From: Candidatus Micrarchaeota archaeon | GTDB lineage: Archaea > Micrarchaeota > Micrarchaeia > Anstonellales > Bilamarchaeaceae | Assembly (NCBI GenBank): GCA_018304385.1 | Contig: JAGVWJ010000026.1 | Location: 1-17,230, forward strand | DNA length: 17,230 nt | Reading direction: 5' to 3' | In this document: in pieces, positions 7,897 to 14,784 of the stretch | Position numbering within the stretch: position 1 is the first letter of the stretch | How the letters are laid out: the number at the start of each line of letters is the position of its first letter | Translations under genes and position numbers: made by a program | Notes under the pieces: model-generated | Told to the model about the DNA's origin: nothing | What the model saw: the letters and a program-made list of their open reading frames with translations, nothing else | Database searches by the model: none

Positions 7897-8439
7897 TCAC
7901 ACAGTGATCTTGCAATCGCAGAACTGACTTATTTGAGAGATTATCTGTTTCGCTTCTCCTTCGTCTTCCATAGAAACTATAACACCACTCATCCCGTAAT
8001 GTCTTATTTTTAAGATCAGAAAATGAATAAACATTGCAACACTTTTTGTTGAATTATACAAGAGCATAGTAGTAACTGAATCAAGAAATAGAAAAGAACC
8101 CTTTGCAGACATTCCTTTCAACGCACCTTCCAATATTGAACCCATTTCTGTAAGACTTTGCGGGGATTCTACAAATATAATATTGCCTGCACGCTCTACC
8201 TCTTCGCCAGCAAGCTTTGTTACGCAATCTATTATTAATATTTTAGAAATATCTATTGCGCTATCTTTAAAATCTTCTATCAATGCAGAACTTGGTTTGT
8301 TTAGAGACATATATATGCAGTTTTTCTTTTTACCATTAACCAATATTTTTATTATTTTTTTATTTGTTTCATGGTAATTATTAGATTTTGAAACAATTAG
8401 TATTATTCCCTTCTCAGGTAATTCTATATCCTGGCCCAT
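7897..8439 (-). CDS. Degenerate KaiC/RecA-fold protein lacking Walker A (DUF7504-like)
   Basis: KNCIYMSLNKP, ILIIDC and FLFLDSVTTMLLYN (Walker B-like), with no GxxxxGKS. Start placed at ATG 8439, 4 nt after the upstream stop; the longer ORF overlaps the upstream gene. Confidence 0.7.
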   Translation of the reverse strand: MGQDIELPEKGIILIVSKSNNYHETNKKIIKILVNGKKKNCIYMSLNKPSSALIEDFKDSAIDISKILIIDCVTKLAGEEVERAGNIIFVESPQSLTEMGSILEGALKGMSAKGSFLFLDSVTTMLLYNSTKSVAMFIHFLILKIRHYGMSGVIVSMEDEGEAKQIISQISQFCDCKITV

Positions 8440-8443
8440 CAAA

Positions 8444-8761
8444 TCACAAATACTGTTTTGTATTCTTATTAACTTTATATAAAAATAGGAACAAGAATAT
8501 TCCAGCAATCATTAGAAATAATTTTGCAAGCAGCATTGCACTATCTTTATCAACTACTTCAAATGATTGATCTAAATAGCTTATTGAATTCATAAGTTCG
8601 AAAATCGAGCTCAGCATAAAACACAATGTTGCAAATATAAAAAATTTTATCTCCTTTAGCTGCGATACCCTAGCAAGTACTATTGAAAAGGCGAATAATG
8701 CAGCAAACATACCCATTTTTGTTAGTGATATTATCCAGGATAATACCGTTAGTTCGCTCAT
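8444..8761 (-). CDS. Small 3-TM membrane protein
   Basis: 105 aa with three hydrophobic segments. ATGA start/stop overlap with the upstream gene suggests translational coupling. Confidence 0.8.
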   Translation of the reverse strand: MSELTVLSWIISLTKMGMFAALFAFSIVLARVSQLKEIKFFIFATLCFMLSSIFELMNSISYLDQSFEVVDKDSAMLLAKLFLMIAGIFLFLFLYKVNKNTKQYL

Positions 8762-9102
8762 TCTTCTTCACCGTGCCTAATTTTTTTCAAAAAACCCGTA
8801 GTGGCGTATTTGAGTAAGTATATCTTATAAGATGCCATTAGTAGCATTACACCGGCTATTATAACGATTATCTGTATGCTTGCCTTTAGCACCTGGGTAG
8901 TTGCTGTTGTTGGGAACCAAAAAAATATAAATATATTTAGGATATTTACAAAAAATATCAGAAAAATGGCTGCAAGCAGATATGGAAGCGCTGATGTAAA
9001 CTTACCACCGTAGAGTTTTTTAGTAAGTGTTATTCCAAGCATCAATGTAACTGCGTAAGTGCCAAGACTAAGGAGATCCAATATTATTTCCTGAAATGCC
9101 AT
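8758..9102 (-). CDS. Small 3-TM membrane protein
   Basis: 114 aa with three hydrophobic segments. First gene of the apparent minus-strand operon. Confidence 0.8.
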   Translation of the reverse strand: MAFQEIILDLLSLGTYAVTLMLGITLTKKLYGGKFTSALPYLLAAIFLIFFVNILNIFIFFWFPTTATTQVLKASIQIIVIIAGVMLLMASYKIYLLKYATTGFLKKIRHGEEE

Positions 9103-9137
9103 GCGTTTATTGCATCTGTTATCCTTTTATTTATTTC

Positions 9138-9240
9138 TATGTGCAAGTCTGAGTTTTTCCAGCTTCCAGTGGAAGCCGTCGTTTTCTTAGGCAACCCCCA
9201 GAAGGCGCTTGCCATTGCATTCACAAGAGCGCGCCGGCAG
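9138..9240 (-). ncRNA. Candidate structured small RNA or 5' leader divergent from tRNA-Gly, family unidentified
   Basis: 56% GC over 9141-9240 (hand count) between AT-rich flanks, with several stems. It starts ~25 nt downstream of the palindromic TTTAAA at 9266-9271 read on minus. Confidence 0.35.
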
Positions 9241-9264
9241 TTCAATAGTTTCTTTGCGGAATAA

Positions 9265-9271
9265 TTTTAAA
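9265..9271. promoter_or_regulatory. TATA-like box upstream of tRNA-Gly, possibly bidirectional
   Basis: TTTTAAA about 30 nt upstream of tRNA position 1. Confidence 0.55.
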
Positions 9272-9315
9272 CTGTTACTTCTAAATCTTTATTTCTTATT
9301 GCGGCTGTAGTCTAG

Positions 9316-9463
9316 GCCCAGCCAATTTCAGTTACCAGTTTCGAAACGCGGGACAGAAAACTGAATCTGGCTAGCGCAACCCCAAAACATGGATTACTTG
9401 TTTTGGAGCTCGACCTTTTTGACTTTAGAAACATATATGTGTTGAAAAGGTCGAAATGGATAA
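9316..9463 (+). other. tRNA intron in the D-loop (position 15/16), 148 nt
   Basis: Relaxed bulge-helix-bulge: central helix GUCU(9310-9313)/GGAU(9458-9461), bulges AG|G and AA|C. The exact junction is inferred from this geometry. Confidence 0.75.
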
Positions 9464-9505
9464 CGGTAGGATTCGAGATTGCCAATCTCGTGACCCGGGT
9501 TCGAA

Positions 9506-9565
9506 TGAACTTTTTTAGGTAAAAAAGTTCACAAAAAACTGCTTCGTTAATGAAGCATATGAAAA
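9506..9565 (+). other. tRNA intron in the T-loop (position 59/60), 60 nt
   Basis: Central helix UUCG(9500-9503)/UGAA(9560-9563), bulges AA|U and AA|U, with the T-stem as the flanking helix. Confidence 0.82.
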
Positions 9566-9579
9566 TCCCGGCGGCCGCA

Positions 9580-9598
9580 TTTTTATTATTTTTAGTTT
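9580..9598 (+). terminator. T-rich archaeal-type terminator after tRNA-Gly
   Basis: TTTTTATTATTTTTAGTTT directly follows the discriminator base. Confidence 0.6.
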
Positions 9599-9635
9599 CC
9601 GGTTCCCAGTTTTGAGTCTTTGGTTGTGGGTTTTG
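9594..9635. repeat. Degenerate heptamer tandem array (6 units)
   Basis: AGTTTCC GGTTCCC AGTTTTG AGTCTTT GGTTGTG GGTTTTG. Confidence 0.6.
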
Positions 9636-9744
9636 TATTACATAAGAGGAACATATAAACGGCCGACGTGGCATAAGTAGTACATAAAACCACGTCTTTA
9701 TAGAAACTATTTGTAGTGCACGGCTTTACTATAATGAGAAAATA

Positions 9745-10929
9745 TTAAGTCGTTACAGTGCACTCTGAAAGGAATATACTTGCTTGTTTATCATTTGAAA
9801 TTTCTATTAGCATTTTAGCAACTTCCTTATCATCTTTTAGTTCTGTTATCTGCATTTTTTTATACAGATTACGTATGTAATTTTTTTCGTTTGCATATGC
9901 GTCCCTATTAAGTTGCATGATTATTTTCTGTCTACATTGTTTGTTTTCAGAATAAAAATCACCAAAATTTTCAAGTGGTAAGTCGCTATCTATCTGCCTT
10001 CTATCAACACTAACATTAGATATAATTATCTCTCCAACTAACTTGTTCTTATAATCCCTAAGTGTTGCTTTTTTGATTTCGAAATTGCATAAACCTTGGT
10101 CAAAGCTGTCGTGCAGTGCCCTTGCAAGCATTTCTTCAAACCACAACGGATGTACTTTTAGGTAATATAAATTAAACACGTGCGTGTGTTCATGATACTC
10201 GCCAGCATTACAGTTCTTTGGGTAATACCTATCAAATACATATATTCTGTCTCCTTCTTCCATGAATCCACTTTCAATGCTATCCGCCTTATCTAGCTTT
10301 TTTCTCTCTATGCTTTGAAATGCATAATTCTTATATGTACAAGCATCATTTTCTATACTGCACATTCTTGCTAATTCTGAATCAGATGTTAGTATTATAA
10401 AATTAATAAGCCTGCTCTGCACATCCTTATTTTTATATAAGAATTCAGGGCTGACATTTAGATATTCTGATATGTATGGGTGCTCAATTGCATCTACAAA
10501 CCTAGCAACTAGATAGCACGAGCGTATTACATCTTCTCTTTTTATCTTTTCAGCTTCTTTTGGCCCAGGGCAATCATATAAAACATAGCTTCCATAAAAC
10601 ACAATACGCTGTGCGTTTGATTTTTTTGCTTTGTTTATTGTTGTTTCTGGTTTAGCCTCATATAATTCAAAGCATCTATATGTAGAATTTTCAAAAAGCC
10701 CTTGTGGTGCACTGTAAGAAGAGCAATCTAAATAATTAGTTTTCCCTGGCCTTTTTATTTCAGCTATGGGTTCTGGGATTTTTGTTATAGGTTTTATTTC
10801 AGTATCATTTTTCCATATTGTTTTATTATTTTCTATTTTTTCAACAGTTTTTACTTCCTTATTGTCTACTGGTTCATTCTGGATGCATCCCAATACTAAC
10901 ATAATAATGATAATTATGATAACTCGCAC
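9745..10929 (-). CDS. Predicted lipoprotein with HExxH zinc-metallopeptidase motif (gluzincin/MA-clan-like)
   Basis: Hydrophobic N-terminus ending LVLG-C (lipobox-like). HEHTH at 10194-10180 is followed by PLWFEEMLA, matching the HExxH...WxxExxA pattern. GTG start. Confidence 0.65.
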   Translation of the reverse strand: MRVIIIIIIMLVLGCIQNEPVDNKEVKTVEKIENNKTIWKNDTEIKPITKIPEPIAEIKRPGKTNYLDCSSYSAPQGLFENSTYRCFELYEAKPETTINKAKKSNAQRIVFYGSYVLYDCPGPKEAEKIKREDVIRSCYLVARFVDAIEHPYISEYLNVSPEFLYKNKDVQSRLINFIILTSDSELARMCSIENDACTYKNYAFQSIERKKLDKADSIESGFMEEGDRIYVFDRYYPKNCNAGEYHEHTHVFNLYYLKVHPLWFEEMLARALHDSFDQGLCNFEIKKATLRDYKNKLVGEIIISNVSVDRRQIDSDLPLENFGDFYSENKQCRQKIIMQLNRDAYANEKNYIRNLYKKMQITELKDDKEVAKMLIEISNDKQASIFLSECTVTT

Positions 10930-11020
10930 GATTCGTCACCTATCTAAGTGCAATGCGATAATTATTTAAAGACTATTAAGTCTTGTGTTAGATAATATTT
11001 TCTTATCTAATGTGACGATT

Positions 11021-11830
11021 ATGACCACTCTTTTATTAGAAGACATTGCAAAACAGCTCGATATATTTAATGTTAGCGAGCTATTGCCTCATGAACAAAC
11101 TGTTCCACCTAATTTAAAGCGATTAAAAGAAGCAATGCTTAATATTGGGCAGCTTGTTGATCCAATTATTGTAGATAAAGAAACAAAGGTAGTACTTGAT
11201 GGCAATCATCGCCTAAAGGTTTTACAAATAATTGAATGTCCTCTTTCTGTTTGTCAAACAGTAGAATACAAAGATCCAAAAATAGTAGTTGGAACTTGGT
11301 ATTTGGCAGTTAATAAACCAATAGAAGATATTCTAAAAACTAATATCAAAGTTGAAAAGATAGATTGTGATGAGGGTAAGAAAGCACTAACTAACTCTAA
11401 AGCTCCGTTTATGGCAGTCTGTAAAAAGGACGGTAACCAAAATGCATGTTTTATAGAACCAGGTAGCTATAGGCTAAAAGAGCTTATAGAAGAGCAGAAC
11501 TATGTGCTTAGCAGTATGAAAGGGGATTTTGATATACGTTATATCCCAGATGATCAGTCTGAGGAGTATTTGTCAAAGGGTTACAGTGTATTTTTTAGAC
11601 GCGCATATACAAAAGACGAGATAATAAAAGCTGCTAAGGACCATAATCCATTTCCGCCTAAGTCAACAAGGCACATCATTCCAGATAGAATAATTAGATT
11701 AAATATGCGTTTAGGTTGGTTGCATGAAGAGAAAAGCGAAGCTCTTCGCCATTTAAATGAAATGCTTGCCAACCGTGTTTATAATGGCAATGTCCGACGC
11801 TATGTTGAACCTGTGATTGTTATATATTAG
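11021..11830 (+). CDS. serK: SerK-like free serine kinase (ParB/Srx-fold)
   Basis: PHEQ, VLDGNHR, GTWY, EEQ and YTKDEI...FPPKSTRHIIP are colinear with Thermococcus SerK motifs (PHEQ, DGHHR, YTWY, EEQ, TKEEV...FSPKTTRHVLP) as I recall them. Start is ATG 11021 or GTG 10985. Confidence 0.78.
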   Translation: MTTLLLEDIAKQLDIFNVSELLPHEQTVPPNLKRLKEAMLNIGQLVDPIIVDKETKVVLDGNHRLKVLQIIECPLSVCQTVEYKDPKIVVGTWYLAVNKPIEDILKTNIKVEKIDCDEGKKALTNSKAPFMAVCKKDGNQNACFIEPGSYRLKELIEEQNYVLSSMKGDFDIRYIPDDQSEEYLSKGYSVFFRRAYTKDEIIKAAKDHNPFPPKSTRHIIPDRIIRLNMRLGWLHEEKSEALRHLNEMLANRVYNGNVRRYVEPVIVIY

Positions 11831-11860
11831 CCATTAGCTTCTGGCAAGTGGCTATTAGCT
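11826..11860. repeat. Degenerate heptamer tandem array (5 units)
   Basis: ATTAGCC ATTAGCT TCTGGCA AGTGGCT ATTAGCT, located between convergent genes. Confidence 0.7.
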
Positions 11861-11868
11861 TTTAATTA

Positions 11869-13065
11869 TTACTCTAATAATTCAATAACCCTTTCTACAG
11901 CCCCGCTTTTTGCAGCTGCAAATTGTTTCTGTTTTATCCTTCTGTTTAGTGCATCAGATATTGTTTCTGCCAATTTTGTTTCTTCAGTTGCTAGTGCGGA
12001 TACATCATTTCCATATAAGAAGCTTTGGAAATCATGAGGTGGAACAGTATAACCTGCTGTGAGTCCTGGAACCCAATGAACAATTATTGGTTCATCTTTT
12101 TTTACTATTGTTCTAACCACTGCTGCCGTTACGTTTGGGTTTCCAAATGTACCAACAACTAAATCTGCAGCATAAAATAATTCTTCTAAAGAATATTCAT
12201 TTGCTGGATCGCTTCCTCGCGCTGTCACAGGATTATGTAATGTTGCTTTTGCATGCGCTGGTGAATAACCTTCAAATGCTGATTTCGCATCCTCATTTCT
12301 AAATGGATGCGGTCTGACTATTATATTTATTTTTATTCCGCTCGTTCGTGCAACGTTATCAATAACTCGTAAAAACGATTGCAGTACGCTTGTTTCTGTA
12401 AATCCAATATCTGGATATCCTTTCCAAGAATCGCTTAAGAAAACTACGAGTTTTGCATCTCTATCAAAAGAAGCGAAAACTGGTTTTGCCAATAATTGCG
12501 CGCGCGTTTCAACGCTTAACGTTGCAATCCTTTCCGCAGTATATTCGAAATACGGATTACCCGTTACTGCTAAAATATCATCTGGAAACCCTAGCCTTAA
12601 CATTTCTTGTCTTGCGAATTCATCCATTATTGCGATTTTAGTTGGTAAGCGCTTTAATGGATCTTTGATTACAAATCCAGGCAGCGCAGTATCCAAATCG
12701 CTAAATCTTTCTGCATAACAGCCCCAAGTATCAAGAATAGCAACAGATCTTGTACTCATTATCTTTGCTAATTGCCAGAGTATTTGCTCGAGTGTTAGCG
12801 GGTTATCTTTATCTTGGAACTGCGTACCAGTAAGTATAACATTTGGTCTAAAGTTTGTGATCTCTTCACCACATACCTGAGGACTCGCATGTTCTATTAC
12901 TCTATCAGGTTCTACTTTCATTGCTCTAAAGGTAGCAGTTGCTGCGCCATAAGAAAGCACTCGAACATCCGTGCCACGCGCTTTTAATCGCTGTGCAATA
13001 GGTGCAACTACCTCTGCCCCTCCGTTCATAGATGCAGCTACTAGAATTCGCTTTGACATAGTCAT
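11869..13065 (-). CDS. GT-B-fold glycosyltransferase/surface carbohydrate biosynthesis-like protein
   Basis: Two Rossmann-like halves with VTGNPYFE, IIVRPHP and LEELFYAADLVVG. Resembles UDP-GlcNAc 2-epimerase-like and CDP-glycerol phosphotransferase-like families. Start is 13065 or 13059. Confidence 0.65.
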   Translation of the reverse strand: MTMSKRILVAASMNGGAEVVAPIAQRLKARGTDVRVLSYGAATATFRAMKVEPDRVIEHASPQVCGEEITNFRPNVILTGTQFQDKDNPLTLEQILWQLAKIMSTRSVAILDTWGCYAERFSDLDTALPGFVIKDPLKRLPTKIAIMDEFARQEMLRLGFPDDILAVTGNPYFEYTAERIATLSVETRAQLLAKPVFASFDRDAKLVVFLSDSWKGYPDIGFTETSVLQSFLRVIDNVARTSGIKINIIVRPHPFRNEDAKSAFEGYSPAHAKATLHNPVTARGSDPANEYSLEELFYAADLVVGTFGNPNVTAAVVRTIVKKDEPIIVHWVPGLTAGYTVPPHDFQSFLYGNDVSALATEETKLAETISDALNRRIKQKQFAAAKSGAVERVIELLE

Positions 13066-13157
13066 ATTGTGGTAGAAAGGTTTTATAAATGCTTACTACT
13101 CCTGTGGGCAGGGTACGCATTATAAATCTACTTTAATATATTTTATCAACTGATTCT

Positions 13158-14777
13158 ATGGAATTTACAGAAGAAGAAAAGAAAATCCTACAACAATTCA
13201 TGACTAATGTTGATAAGCCAATATTCGCATTAGTTAACTTGCCAGAGGTAGTAAAAGGAGCATTGTTTTCACGCTATTCGCGTACAACGAAATCTCTGAG
13301 GCGTGTTCTGTTAGAAGAGTTTATCCTTAAACCTGAGACTGGTTTTAAAGAAATAGTGAATTATCAGGTATCAAGCGGAAGCGCCCAAGCAGTTGCAATA
13401 AAAAAAGCAGAAGAATTTTACGATCGTGTGCTAGTTGGCTATGGGGATGATAGTGTTGCAGAGCTTGCAGGTGCGCATGTAGCAATCGAAGATGTAACAA
13501 ACATTGCAACTAAAATAATCGAGGATAGCCGCATTGGTTTAAGCCCATTGGAAAAAAGCACAAGATACGTTTATTTTGATCAGAAGCGCGATGGAAAATG
13601 GCCATATTACGAAGATCCAACTATCATGCAAGGCGAATTCGCTGCGCTTTACAGAGAAACATGCGATTTCCTATTTGAAACATACGCCAATCTAATTCCA
13701 AAGGTTTCTAAATACATAACCGATCTTTATCCAAAAGACGAATCAACAAGCGATCGCGCTTATAGCTCGAGTATTAGAGCGAAAACATGTGACCTTTTGC
13801 GTGGCTTATTGCCTGCATCAACCATAACAAATATGGGTTTGTTTGGAGATGGCCGCGCATATGAGTATTTACTTACAAAAATGTTTTCATCTAACCTACA
13901 AGAGATTCGCAATATTGCCGCAATGTTACAAGAGGAATTGCGTAGCGTTATTCCAAGTTTTGTAAAACGTGCAAATGACAACTACGGAAAGGCAATGCAG
14001 CAATACATGCGCGATATTGATCAAAACACAGTAAAGCTTGTTGAGATGAAATTAAAGAATTTCAAATTTGAGAAACAAGAAAAAGATGTTACACTCGTTG
14101 ACTATGATACTGACGGCGATGAAAGAGTCGTCTCTGTAATATTATATCAATATTCTAAAATTCCTCTTGAGCAGGCGCATATAATTGCAAAAAACATGTC
14201 TGATCAAGAAAAAGAAGAACTAATTGTAAGCTATGTTGGCAAACGCGCAAATCGTAGACATAAACCTTATCGTGCGTTTGAACATATATATTATACATTT
14301 GATATCCTTGCGAATTTTGGAGCATATCGAGATTTGCATCGTCATCGTATACTTACACAACAGCGCCAATTGCTTAGTTGTGATCATGGGTACACACTGC
14401 CAAAAGAGCTAGCAGATGCAGGATATGCTGATCAATTTAAGGCTGCAATGGACAAGGCGAGAGATACATATACTAAGATAGCAAAAGCAACGCCAGAACA
14501 TGCGCAATACGTTGTACCACTTGCATATAAAATTCGTTGGTACATGCGTATGAATCTACGTGAAGCCTGCCATTTATGCGAGTTGCGTAGCATGCAGCAA
14601 GGTCATCCTGATTATAGAAAGGTTGCTCAGGACATGTTCTCTGAAATAAATCTAGTGCATCCAATGCTTGGCAGACACATAATTTTTGTTGATATGAAGG
14701 AATATGCATTCGAGCGTTTGGAGGCAGAGAAGAAACTAGATAAGAAGCTAGAAGAGATTAAGAAGAAGTATAGTTGA
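13158..14777 (+). CDS. thyX: FAD-dependent thymidylate synthase, long two-domain form
   Basis: GYGDDSVAELAG, SPLEKSTRYV, LRGLLPA, RDLHRHR, ELRSMQQGHPDYR. 539 aa with duplicated Thy1 domains. Confidence 0.92.
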   Translation: MEFTEEEKKILQQFMTNVDKPIFALVNLPEVVKGALFSRYSRTTKSLRRVLLEEFILKPETGFKEIVNYQVSSGSAQAVAIKKAEEFYDRVLVGYGDDSVAELAGAHVAIEDVTNIATKIIEDSRIGLSPLEKSTRYVYFDQKRDGKWPYYEDPTIMQGEFAALYRETCDFLFETYANLIPKVSKYITDLYPKDESTSDRAYSSSIRAKTCDLLRGLLPASTITNMGLFGDGRAYEYLLTKMFSSNLQEIRNIAAMLQEELRSVIPSFVKRANDNYGKAMQQYMRDIDQNTVKLVEMKLKNFKFEKQEKDVTLVDYDTDGDERVVSVILYQYSKIPLEQAHIIAKNMSDQEKEELIVSYVGKRANRRHKPYRAFEHIYYTFDILANFGAYRDLHRHRILTQQRQLLSCDHGYTLPKELADAGYADQFKAAMDKARDTYTKIAKATPEHAQYVVPLAYKIRWYMRMNLREACHLCELRSMQQGHPDYRKVAQDMFSEINLVHPMLGRHIIFVDMKEYAFERLEAEKKLDKKLEEIKKKYS

Positions 14778-14784
14778 TTGCTGC

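Larger units (their letters stand above)
9301..9579 (+). tRNA. trnG: tRNA-Gly(GCC) with two non-canonical introns
   Basis: Exons 9301-9315, 9464-9505 and 9566-9579 join to GCGGCTGTAGTCTAGCGGTAGGATTCGAGATTGCCAATCTCGTGACCCGGGTTCGAATCCCGGCGGCCGCA (71 nt). Acceptor GCGGCTG/CGGCCGC, D-stem GTCT/GGAT, anticodon stem CGAGA/TCTCG with GCC at 9481-9483, T-arm CCGGG-TTCGAAT-CCCGG, discriminator A. CCA is not encoded. Confidence 0.93.

Noticed and set aside
8440-8508. Longer start for the degenerate KaiC-like gene
   Set aside because: Would overlap the upstream membrane gene by 65 nt. ATG 8439 gives normal operon spacing.
9140-9240. RNase P, SRP, 5S rRNA or TPP riboswitch identity for the GC-rich element
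   Set aside because: Fragments resemble RNase P CR-IV/CR-V (UGAAUG, AGAAAA..GGCUU), but no GAGGAAAGUC-type 5' partner was found and the element is too short. SRP helix-8, 5S and TPP consensus motifs are absent.
9312-9674. 120-aa minus-strand ORF
   Set aside because: Lies antisense to the tRNA-Gly gene and the heptamer array. Its QNPQPKTQNWEPET stretch is a translation of the repeat.
11021-11830. Chromosome-partition ParB
   Set aside because: No HTH or dimerisation domain and no adjacent parA. The downstream motifs fit SerK instead.
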